This document shows positions 32,649 to 40,063 of a stretch of 40,063 bases of DNA, in pieces (position 1 is the stretch's first letter; every line of letters begins with the position of its first letter). Source of the stretch: Oscillospiraceae bacterium (GTDB taxonomy: Bacteria > Bacillota > Clostridia > Oscillospirales > Acutalibacteraceae); NCBI GenBank assembly GCA_031290595.1, contig JAITNG010000028.1, forward strand, positions 1 to 40,063. The letters are read 5' to 3'. The notes beneath the pieces are model-generated. The model was not told the DNA's origin. It searched no databases and saw only the letters and a program-made list of their open reading frames with translations. Both the position numbers and the translations under genes were made by a program.

Positions 32649-33310
32649 AAATTATGTTGGTGGGCGGGCATTATAAGGCGCACTTTCTGGCAAAATCCCT
32701 CAAGGCCAAGCATCACGAGGTCGTGCTGGTCAACGACAACATGGAATGGTGTAAATTCCTCACCAACGCGCACGATGTGGTCTGCGTCTGTGGGGATGGC
32801 ACCAAGCCCTTCATTTTGGAAGACGCGCGGGCGGCGGAAATGGACGCCGTGGCGGCGCTGACCAACAAGGACGCTGAAAACCTGGTGATCTGCAAGCTGG
32901 CCAAAAAGCTCTTCCACGTCAAAAGCACGCTTGCCATCGTCAACGACCCCAAAAACCTGGTGGTTTTCACCCGCCTGGGGGTCGATAAGTGCATCAGCGC
33001 GACGGAGATGCTTTCGGACGTGATCGAAAGCGAAACCGTGTTTTCGGCGGTGCATAGCTATTTGCCGTTGGAAAACGGGCGCATTGTCTGCCTGGATCTT
33101 GTCCTCCCTGCGGATTCGCCGGTGTGCGGCAAACGGCTGCGGGAACTGGAGATGCCCCACGGCAGCATCGTGGGGATCATTGTGCGCGGCGAAACGACGC
33201 TCGTCCCCAACGGGGATGCGGAGCTGCTGGCGGAGGATAAAATCATCCTGCTGGCAACCGCCCAGGCGGCGGAACGCGCAACGGCGCTGTTTGGAGGCGG
33301 GAACGTTTGA
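32645..33310 (+). CDS. trkA: TrkA-family potassium-uptake regulatory protein (RCK N + C domains), 221 aa
   Basis: IMLVGGHYKAHFLAKSL is a degenerate GxGxxG motif. The C-terminal TrkA-C-like part reads GKRLRELEMPHGSIVGIIVRGE...PNGDAELLAEDKIIL. An ATGA overlap couples it to the upstream gene. Confidence 0.75.
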   Translation: MKIMLVGGHYKAHFLAKSLKAKHHEVVLVNDNMEWCKFLTNAHDVVCVCGDGTKPFILEDARAAEMDAVAALTNKDAENLVICKLAKKLFHVKSTLAIVNDPKNLVVFTRLGVDKCISATEMLSDVIESETVFSAVHSYLPLENGRIVCLDLVLPADSPVCGKRLRELEMPHGSIVGIIVRGETTLVPNGDAELLAEDKIILLATAQAAERATALFGGGNV

Positions 33311-34794
33311 AAGAAGCGAATCAACCCGCACGCGGCACCGGCTTTGTGCCCAAGCTCCTGTTCATGGTGAGCATCGTCTTCCTCACGCCGCTGTTGATGC
33401 TGCTCCCCTTTGCGCAGGATCGGCAGTGGAAGTATGTGATGAGCTTTTTCCTCCCCGCCGTGGCGGCGCTGCTCAGCGCCCTGGTGGCGGCCTGGTGGCT
33501 ACGCCGGTTTGCGCGTAGGCGCACGGGGCGGCAACAGGCCGTGGTGACGGTGATGCTGCTTTGGTGCTATGTGATGGCGCTGGGTGCGCTCCCGTTCCTG
33601 GCGGGCGGGCAGCTGCGGCTCGTCCCCGCGCTGCTGGAATCCGTCAGCGGCTGGACGACCACCGGCATGACCGTGCTGCCGGATATTGACAACACCCCGC
33701 ATATTTTCCTGTTTTACCGGGGTTTTATGCAGTTCTGCGGCGGCCTGGGCTTTGTGTTGATTTTGCTGCTCTTTGCCGGTGGCAGGGAAGCCAGCAAGCT
33801 ATTTTCTGCCGAAGGCCACAGCGATATGCTTGAACCCAACCTGATCAGCACCGCGCGGCACACGATGTACCTTTACCTGGGCATGGTGACCGGCGGCGCA
33901 CTGCTTTATATCGTCTTTGGGATGGATTGGTTTGAAGCGGTCAACCATTCCATGTCGGCCCTGGGGACGGGCGGCTTTTCGCCCCGTGGCGAAAACATCG
34001 GCGCTTACGATAGTCTGCCCATCGAACTGATCACCATCCTGCTGATGCTGCTGGGGGCGACGAACTTTGCCGCCCTGGCGTTGATGTTCAAGGGCAAATG
34101 GCGCAGCTTCTTCAAGATGGGCGAAGTGCGCTTTTTTCTCTTGCTGGTGGGGGGCGTCGTGCTGGTGATCGCCCTCCTGGGCAAGGTGCTGCACGCTTAC
34201 CAAACCTTTGGCGCGAGTTTGCGCGACGCCGTGTTCCTGGCGGTTTCCGCCGTTTCAACCACCGGCTATTCCATCAATTCGGTGGATCACTGGCGCCCGC
34301 CCATGCTCTTTTTGATTTTTGTGCTGATGTTCATCGGCGGCGCGTCCGGCTCCACCGCCGGGGGGATCAAATACACCCGCGTCTATGTGCTTTCGCGCTC
34401 CTTTGCCGTGCATCTGCGCGCCAAATTCCTGCCGGAGCGGGCGGTGAGCCTGGTGACGGTGCAGGGGGCGACGGGCAAGTTCCGGCTCACGGAAGCCGGC
34501 CTGGCGCAGCACCAGCGGGTAGCGCTGGTTTATCTTGCCACCTTCTTCGGCGGCGCGTTCCTGCTCTCGCTTGACCCCGGCATCCCCACGATGGAGGACG
34601 CGATGTTCGAGTTCGCCTCATCGCTGAGCACCACCGGCCTTTCCGATTACACCAACGCGGAGGCAAGCAATTATGTGATGCTCATCCAAACCGTCGGCAT
34701 GATCTTCGCAAGGATGGAAGTATACATGGTCTACGTCTTCATGGCGGCGGGCATAGCCAAACTCAGGCAGGCAAAGCACAAATTCACAATCTGA
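33307..34794 (+). CDS. trkH: TrkH/KtrB-family potassium transporter membrane subunit
   Basis: It is polytopic with four P-loop-like glycine motifs: SGWTTTGMT, LGTGGFS, VSTTGYS and LSTTGLS. It is coupled to the trkA genes. Confidence 0.85.
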   Translation: MKEANQPARGTGFVPKLLFMVSIVFLTPLLMLLPFAQDRQWKYVMSFFLPAVAALLSALVAAWWLRRFARRRTGRQQAVVTVMLLWCYVMALGALPFLAGGQLRLVPALLESVSGWTTTGMTVLPDIDNTPHIFLFYRGFMQFCGGLGFVLILLLFAGGREASKLFSAEGHSDMLEPNLISTARHTMYLYLGMVTGGALLYIVFGMDWFEAVNHSMSALGTGGFSPRGENIGAYDSLPIELITILLMLLGATNFAALALMFKGKWRSFFKMGEVRFFLLLVGGVVLVIALLGKVLHAYQTFGASLRDAVFLAVSAVSTTGYSINSVDHWRPPMLFLIFVLMFIGGASGSTAGGIKYTRVYVLSRSFAVHLRAKFLPERAVSLVTVQGATGKFRLTEAGLAQHQRVALVYLATFFGGAFLLSLDPGIPTMEDAMFEFASSLSTTGLSDYTNAEASNYVMLIQTVGMIFARMEVYMVYVFMAAGIAKLRQAKHKFTI

Positions 34795-34812
34795 AACCGG
34801 GAAGGATATGCG

Positions 34813-35691
34813 ATGGCACAAAGTGGGCGCTTTATTGCGTTGGGCGCGTTTGACGGGCTGCACCGGGCGCACATAGCGGTGCTGGAAGCGGCGGCGGCAG
34901 GGGGGGCGGCCAGGGGGCTGCGCCCCGCCGTGCTGTTGTTTGCGCAGCACCCCCTGCGCTGGATCGCCGGGGAGGCGCCCCCGCTGCTGCTCCGGGATGC
35001 GGAGCGGGATGCACGCCTGGAAGCCATGGGGCTGGAAATTTTGAAACGCCCGTTTGAACCCTTACGCACGCTGCCGCCGGAGGTGTTTTTTGAACGCATC
35101 CTGTGCGGGCAGCTGGGGGCGCAGGGGCTGAGTTGCGGTTACCACTACCGTTTTGGCCTGGACGCCGCCGGGGATGCCCCCCTGCTGCAAAGGCTGTGCG
35201 CGGCGCGGGGGGTGCAGCTGGCGGTGATCCCCAAAATGGAATATGACGGCGCGCCCATCAGCTCCACCCGCATCCGCCAAGCCCTGGCCGAAGGCAACAT
35301 CGAAGCCGCCAACGCCATGCTGGGGCGGCCGTTTGGCTACGATTACCCGGTGGAAGAGGGCGACCGCATCGGCCGCACGCTGGGTGCGCCGACGATCAAC
35401 CAGCACTTCCCGCCCGGGGTGGCGGTGCCGCGCTACGGCGTTTATGCCGCACAGGCCTTTGTGGATGGCCGCTGGCTGCCGGGCGTGACCAACATCGGGC
35501 GCAGGCCGTCGTTCGCCAGCAGCGCCCTGCGCAGCGAAACGCACATCCTGGGCTTTGCGGGCGACCTTTACGGCCAGCGGATCCCGGTGGCGCTGCTCTC
35601 CTTCCTCCGCCCGGAGCGGAGCTTTTCTACGTTGAATGCACTGGCGCAGCAAATCGCCATTGATAAAGAACACGCACGGAAGGCAGAGTGA
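34813..35691 (+). CDS. ribF: Bifunctional riboflavin kinase / FMN adenylyltransferase
   Basis: It has the N-terminal motif GAFDGLHRAH and the kinase-domain motif GRTLGAPTINQ. The length is 292 aa and RBS GGAAGGA precedes the ATG. Confidence 0.88.
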   Translation: MAQSGRFIALGAFDGLHRAHIAVLEAAAAGGAARGLRPAVLLFAQHPLRWIAGEAPPLLLRDAERDARLEAMGLEILKRPFEPLRTLPPEVFFERILCGQLGAQGLSCGYHYRFGLDAAGDAPLLQRLCAARGVQLAVIPKMEYDGAPISSTRIRQALAEGNIEAANAMLGRPFGYDYPVEEGDRIGRTLGAPTINQHFPPGVAVPRYGVYAAQAFVDGRWLPGVTNIGRRPSFASSALRSETHILGFAGDLYGQRIPVALLSFLRPERSFSTLNALAQQIAIDKEHARKAE

Positions 35692-37163
35692 ACCGCATGA
35701 AAAAGAAAGAACTGCACAGCGAAGACCAGTTCAGCGATCAGGCGGGCGAACAGCTCACATGGGCGACGAAGCTCAACTACGGCGTCGGCGCGATGGGGAA
35801 ATCCCTCAGCAACCAAATCACCGTGAAAACCCGCTTTTTCTACGAAAACGTCCTGCACCTGCACCTTGGCTTTCTTTCTGTGCTTTATTTTCTGGGGCGC
35901 ATCTGGGATGGCGTGAACGACCTGCTGATGGGGACGGTCATCGACAACACCCGCGGCAAGTACGGAAAGTTCCGGCCATGGATTGTGCTGGGTGCGCTCA
36001 CAAACGCCGTGGTGACGGTGGCGATGTTCTGGCAGCCGAGCTTCCGCAGCCACACAGCGCTGCTGGCGGTCTGGGTCGCGTTCTTTTATGTGCTGTGGGA
36101 TATGACCTATACCATGGTGGACGTCGGCTACTGGGCGATGATCCCCGCGCTTTCGATGGAACAGAAGCAGCGCGATCAGCTTTCCATGATCCCGCGTATT
36201 TTTGCAGGGCCTGCAAGCATCATCGGGGCGTTCAGCAACAAGATTTATGAAACCATCGGCGGCGGGCAGGAGCCTTCCCAAATGGCCAGGGGTATATTTA
36301 CATGCGCAATTATCAGCTCCGGCGTTTATATTCTGACTTCCCTCTATTCCGCCGCCAAGGTGAAGGAACCGGGGATCGACACGCCCAAGATCAATCAGGA
36401 AAAGTTCAGCTTGCGCAAAGCGGCTTCCATCCTGCTGCACAACGACCAGGCGCTTGTGATTGTGGGCGTGATGATCCTTTTCAACTGGGCAAACAACCTC
36501 ACCGGCAGCGGTATGGATAACCACTTCTTCTGGGAACTGGGTGGACCGGAGGCATTGACGCAACAGGGCTTTTTCAACATTATCACCGGCGCGGGTTCGA
36601 CCATCGGGCTGTTCGTCTTCCCGCTTGTTTCGCGCTGGTTCGGGCGCAAGCGTGTTTATGCCGGTTCCTTCCTGGTTCCCTGCCTGGGCTACCTTGCCAT
36701 GGCGCTGGTTGACCGCTTTGCCCCGGGTTCCTTCCTCCCCCTTGCGGTGAGCGGGTTGGTGGCCTACGTGGGCTACGGTTCCATGAGCGTGATGCAGGGC
36801 GTGATGCTGGCCGACGCTGTGGATTACGGCGAATACACCACCGGCGTCCGCAACGAGGGCATCATCTTTTCGACTCTGACGATGCTGAGTAAGCTGGCCA
36901 AGGCTTTCAGCGATTTGACGGGGACGGTCATCGCCTCCGTCACAAAATTCGGCGGCCAGCACGCAAACACCGCCACCCCCCTGGCGATCCGTGGCTTCAA
37001 AATGACGATGTACCAAATCCCGCCCCTCCTGTTGCTGCTGGCGCTGCTGCTCTATTTGCGCAAATTCCGGCTGCACCCGGCAAGGGTGGAAGAAATCCAG
37101 GGCGAACTCAAAGCAAGAAAAGCGGCGCTTGCCGTGGAAATTGAAAGCGGCACAGCCGACTAA
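35688..37163 (+). CDS. Glycoside-pentoside-hexuronide (GPH):cation symporter family MFS transporter
   Basis: It has the GPH signature region GRIWDGVNDLLMGTVIDNTRGKYGKFRPW and about 12 TM segments. The start is either the GTG at 35688 or, more likely, the ATG at 35697. Confidence 0.85.
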   Translation: MNRMKKKELHSEDQFSDQAGEQLTWATKLNYGVGAMGKSLSNQITVKTRFFYENVLHLHLGFLSVLYFLGRIWDGVNDLLMGTVIDNTRGKYGKFRPWIVLGALTNAVVTVAMFWQPSFRSHTALLAVWVAFFYVLWDMTYTMVDVGYWAMIPALSMEQKQRDQLSMIPRIFAGPASIIGAFSNKIYETIGGGQEPSQMARGIFTCAIISSGVYILTSLYSAAKVKEPGIDTPKINQEKFSLRKAASILLHNDQALVIVGVMILFNWANNLTGSGMDNHFFWELGGPEALTQQGFFNIITGAGSTIGLFVFPLVSRWFGRKRVYAGSFLVPCLGYLAMALVDRFAPGSFLPLAVSGLVAYVGYGSMSVMQGVMLADAVDYGEYTTGVRNEGIIFSTLTMLSKLAKAFSDLTGTVIASVTKFGGQHANTATPLAIRGFKMTMYQIPPLLLLLALLLYLRKFRLHPARVEEIQGELKARKAALAVEIESGTAD

Positions 37164-37189
37164 TGCTGTTTTTCGTTAAGCAAAGTGTA

Positions 37190-37348
37190 TTTTAAAACCC
37201 GGCGTGCCCGAGGCGCGCCCTACAACAGTCCGGCCAAAGGCCGTTTTACCCTCTTTGATATATCCGCAAACCCAATTGAACGATGAAGGCAAAAGCGCCT
37301 TCGGCGCGACTTTTGTAGGGCGTGCCTCGGGCGCGCCGGGCTTTAAAA
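37190..37348. repeat. 159-bp MITE-like palindromic multi-hairpin element; second member of the TTTTAAA(G/A)CCC...CCCTACAA family
   Basis: The 36-nt terminal inverted repeats are TTTTAAAACCCGGCGTGCCCGAGGCGCGCCCTACAA and TTGTAGGGCGTGCCTCGGGCGCGCCGGGCTTTAAAA. The internal hairpins are CGGCC-AAA-GGCCG and GCGCC-TTC-GGCGC. It lies between the GPH transporter and mmsA genes. Confidence 0.85.
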
Positions 37349-37398
37349 TAACGTTTTTTAATTGCGGAATAATATAAACATCAAGAAAGGAACCCCTT

Positions 37399-38904
37399 AT
37401 GCCAGAAATTCTAAAGCCCTTTATCAACGGGCAATTCATCGCATCCCAAAGCACGACCTTCACCGATGCTTTCGACCCCAGCACAGGCAAAATCATTGCG
37501 CGTGTCCCCTCCTGCACCTGGGCGGAAGTGGAGCGCGCCATCGCGGCGGCGAAGACGGCTTACCCCGCCTGGTCGGCCACACCGGCGGTCAAGCGCACAC
37601 AGGTGCTTTACCGCGTCCGTGCGCTGTTGGAACAGCACATGGAGGAACTGACCCGCCTGGTCGCCGAAGAAAACGGAAAATCCTGGGAAGAGGCGCAGGG
37701 CGACGTCCTCAAGGCCAAGGAAGGCACGGAGCTGGCCATCGCCGCGCCCTCGCTTTTGATGGGCGAAAGCCTGATGGATACCTCCAACGGCTTCGATACG
37801 GTGCTTTACCGCGAATCGCTGGGCGTTTTTGCGGGCATCGTCCCGTTCAACTTCCCGGCGATGATCCCCTTTGGCTGGATGGCGCCGGTCTGCCTGGCCT
37901 GTGGCAACACGATGGTGCTCAAAGCGGCCTCCCCCACCCCCCGCACCGCGCTGCGCATTGCGGCGCTCTACCAAGAAGCCGGCCTACCCGACGGCGTGCT
38001 GAACGTCGTCACCTGCGACCGCACGGTGGCCGACGGCATCCTCACGCACCCGGATGTTAAGGGCGTCACCTTCGTCGGCACCACCAAGGTGGGGCTGCAC
38101 ATCTATGCCACGGCGGCGGGCGCGGGCAAACGCGTGCAAGCGCTGTGCGAAGCGAAGAACCATGCCCTGGTGTTGGAAGACGCGCCCGTTGAGCGCACGG
38201 CGGCGGGGATCGTCAACGCGGCCTTTGGCTGTGCCGGGGAACGCTGCATGGCGCTGCCTGTGGTGGTTGCGCAAGCAAGCATCGCCGACGCGCTGGCGGC
38301 GGCCATTGTGGAACAGGCGAAGAAGCGCCGCCTGGGGCCGGCATACGAAAAAACGACGGAACTGGGTCCTGTCGTCAACGCCGCGCACAAGGCTTCGATT
38401 CTGCGCAGGATTGAGCAGGGAATTGCCGACGGCGCAAAGCTGCTCCTGGACGGCCGGAACGCCGTTGTGCCGGGGTATGAGGACGGCTATTTTGTGGGGC
38501 CGACGGTGTTTGACCATGTGGAACCGGGCATGTCCATTGGCGACACGGAGATCTTTGGACCCGTGCTGTGCATCAAGCGCGTGCAGGATTTTGAAGAAGG
38601 CCTTGCCCTGATGAACCGCAATCCCTTCGCCAACGGTTCCGTGATCTTCACCCAAAACGGCTATTATGCCCGCGAATTTGCCCGCCGCACGGATGGCGGC
38701 ATGGTGGGGGTCAACGTGGGGATCCCCGTGCCGGTGGGGGTGTTCCCCTTCAGCGGCCACAAGAATTCCTTCTTTGGCGACGCCCACTGCCTTGGCAAGG
38801 ATTCCTACAAATTCTACACCGATAGCAAGGTGGTCACCACCCGCTGGTTCGACGATGCAGAAGCCAGGAAGACGAAGACCACCACCTGGGACGGCACGAT
38901 GTAG
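37399..38904 (+). CDS. mmsA: CoA-acylating methylmalonate-semialdehyde dehydrogenase (aldehyde dehydrogenase family)
   Basis: Motifs are FNFPAMIP, the catalytic-Cys region AGERCMA and a C-terminal FSGHKNSFFGD...GKDSYKFYT..KVVTTRW typical of MmsA/IolA. The length is 501 aa. Confidence 0.85.
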   Translation: MPEILKPFINGQFIASQSTTFTDAFDPSTGKIIARVPSCTWAEVERAIAAAKTAYPAWSATPAVKRTQVLYRVRALLEQHMEELTRLVAEENGKSWEEAQGDVLKAKEGTELAIAAPSLLMGESLMDTSNGFDTVLYRESLGVFAGIVPFNFPAMIPFGWMAPVCLACGNTMVLKAASPTPRTALRIAALYQEAGLPDGVLNVVTCDRTVADGILTHPDVKGVTFVGTTKVGLHIYATAAGAGKRVQALCEAKNHALVLEDAPVERTAAGIVNAAFGCAGERCMALPVVVAQASIADALAAAIVEQAKKRRLGPAYEKTTELGPVVNAAHKASILRRIEQGIADGAKLLLDGRNAVVPGYEDGYFVGPTVFDHVEPGMSIGDTEIFGPVLCIKRVQDFEEGLALMNRNPFANGSVIFTQNGYYAREFARRTDGGMVGVNVGIPVPVGVFPFSGHKNSFFGDAHCLGKDSYKFYTDSKVVTTRWFDDAEARKTKTTTWDGTM

Positions 38905-38937
38905 GCGGCGGCAAAAAGCAGTGCTTCGTTTTAGGCG

Positions 38938-38975
38938 CCTGGACACGGCGCGCCGTGTCCAGGTTCGCTTTTTAT
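38938..38975 (+). terminator. Rho-independent terminator of mmsA, built on a CCnGGACAnGGC-family hairpin
   Basis: CCTGGACACGGCG/CGCCGTGTCCAGG, perfect 13-nt arms, followed by TTCGCTTTTTA. Confidence 0.8.
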
Positions 38976-38980
38976 TGCAG

Positions 38981-38997
38981 GTTGAATAGTATTCAAC
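38981..38997. promoter_or_regulatory. 17-bp perfect palindrome GTTGAATA-G-TATTCAAC upstream of bioY; a candidate operator
   Basis: Read directly. It lies 47 nt upstream of the bioY ATG and does not match the BirA half-site consensus as I recall it. Confidence 0.3.
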
Positions 38998-39043
38998 ATA
39001 ACCCCACACAAACACGCATTTTCATGGAAATGGAGTACATCAT

Positions 39044-39613
39044 ATGAAGAAAAACCTTGTTCTAAATCTTATCCTTTGTGCGCTCTTTGCGGCGTTGAGC
39101 GCGGCGCTTTCGCAGGTTTCGGTGCCGCTTGGGCTTGTGCCTGTTGTGATGACGCATGTCGCCATCTTCGCCGGCGCGGGGCTGTTGGGCTGGAAGTGGG
39201 GAACCATGAGCCAGGTTGTCTATATTGCGATGGGCGCGGTGGGGCTGCCGGTGTTCGCCCAATCATCCGGCGGCCCGGGCGTTCTTATGGGGCCGACCGG
39301 CGGGTTCATCGTCGGCTATGCCCTTGCCGCCCTGGGCGTCGGTCTGCTGCTGGATCGCTTTGGCCGCCGCTGGGCGCTGGCGCCCGCCATGCTGCTGGGC
39401 GTGCTGCTGGTGTATCTGCCGGGCATCCCCTGGCTGATGCACACGACGGGGTCGGGCTTTGTTGAATCCGCTACGCTTTATATGCTCCCCTTCCTCCCCG
39501 GTGATTTGCTCAAGGCTGCCGCCAGCGCTGTGTTGATTGCGCGGCTCTACCCTGTGGCGCAGCGGTATCTGCGGTATGGCCAGTCGCCTGTGGCGCTCCC
39601 CAAATCAACATGA
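39044..39613 (+). CDS. bioY: Biotin transporter substrate-binding S component BioY
   Basis: It is 189 aa with 5-6 TM segments. The typical blocks are GPTGGFIVGY and PFLPGDLLKAAASAVL. Confidence 0.85.
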   Translation: MKKNLVLNLILCALFAALSAALSQVSVPLGLVPVVMTHVAIFAGAGLLGWKWGTMSQVVYIAMGAVGLPVFAQSSGGPGVLMGPTGGFIVGYALAALGVGLLLDRFGRRWALAPAMLLGVLLVYLPGIPWLMHTTGSGFVESATLYMLPFLPGDLLKAAASAVLIARLYPVAQRYLRYGQSPVALPKST

Positions 39614-40017
39614 TTGCACTGCGGGCGCACCATGTTTTTTGCCTGTTGCATTATGTTGGCAAGGGCTATGACGCCGCCTTCACCGCCAACATGGACGCCC
39701 TGCTTGCCGCGCTGCGGGCGGAACCTGCGCAGCGGATTCGCCTTTGTGCCGCGCCGGATGTTCTGTGCGCGGCTTGCCCTCGTTTGCGCGGCGCTGTTTG
39801 TGAAAGCGAGGCCAGGGTGCGCGGTTTTGATGCGCGTGCCATGGCGGCCTGTGGCTGGCGTGCGGGGCAAACGCTGCCCTGGGCGCTGGCGGAAGCCGCG
39901 GCACGCACAGCGCTGCAATCCCCCGGCGCGTTGCAGGGGATCTGCGGCGGCTGCGAATGGAAATGCCATAGCGCAATCGCGCACGTCAATCTAATCTTCC
40001 GCTTGCTAACGCACTGA
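39610..40017 (+). CDS. DUF1284-family Cys-rich protein
   Basis: It has the N-terminal LRAHHVFCLLHYVGKGY motif and Cys clusters (DVLCAACP...C, CGGCEWKC). An ATGA overlap couples it to bioY. Confidence 0.6.
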   Translation: MIALRAHHVFCLLHYVGKGYDAAFTANMDALLAALRAEPAQRIRLCAAPDVLCAACPRLRGAVCESEARVRGFDARAMAACGWRAGQTLPWALAEAAARTALQSPGALQGICGGCEWKCHSAIAHVNLIFRLLTH

Positions 40018-40063
40018 ACATGTGGTAAAATATACCAGGGTGATGAAATGAAGGAAATCAGCG

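Noticed and set aside
40048-40063. Possible start of a plus-strand gene at the window edge (ATGAAGGAAATCAGCG after AGGGTGATGAA, with TAAAAT upstream)
   Set aside because: Only 16 nt of ORF are visible, which is too little to support a call.

Overview
High-GC (hand-counted lines mostly above 60% G+C) Firmicutes/Clostridia-like chromosomal window; the taxon is an inference from the gene content (PFOR, FtsEX-M23, YjcZ-like tiny peptides, Gram-positive RBSs). Most of it is ordinary housekeeping and envelope genes. These are an SGNH hydrolase, a TagF-like / GtrB-like GT2 / polytopic membrane protein trio, CorA, a PTS-EIIC-like permease, pyruvate:ferredoxin oxidoreductase, a CdaR/PucR regulator and FtsE-FtsX-M23 peptidase. 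They continue with a TIM-barrel sugar isomerase, a vWA protein, TrkA/TrkA/TrkH, RibF, a GPH symporter, methylmalonate-semialdehyde dehydrogenase, BioY and DUF1284. The standout is 8.6-15.9 kb on the minus strand. It is an intact-looking phage head and DNA-packaging module: small terminase, large terminase, portal, prohead protease/scaffold fusion, HK97-fold capsid, adaptor, stopper and a neck-like fusion protein. It stops at the neck. It has no tail, lysis, integrase, repressor or replication genes, sits directly between housekeeping promoters and matches the host in composition. I rate this orphan capsid-forming locus (a GTA-like or tail-hijacking-satellite-like candidate) as the most interesting item. 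The terL-portal junction is interrupted by a 364-bp non-coding insert. It contains a heptamer array, a 161-bp multi-hairpin palindromic element and a REP-like hairpin. A second element with the same architecture lies at 37.2 kb, and related hairpins occur elsewhere. Other items worth a second look are a low-GC three-gene islet (17.4-19.1 kb) driven by consensus promoters and two tandem HEAT-repeat paralogs, one with a histone-H1-like tail. There are also two unannotated tiny Cys/Gly/Asn-rich membrane peptides and a secreted 528-aa/104-aa protein pair of unknown function. Many long ORFs in the six-frame track are antisense shadows typical of high-GC DNA and were rejected. No rRNA, tRNA or CRISPR array was seen.
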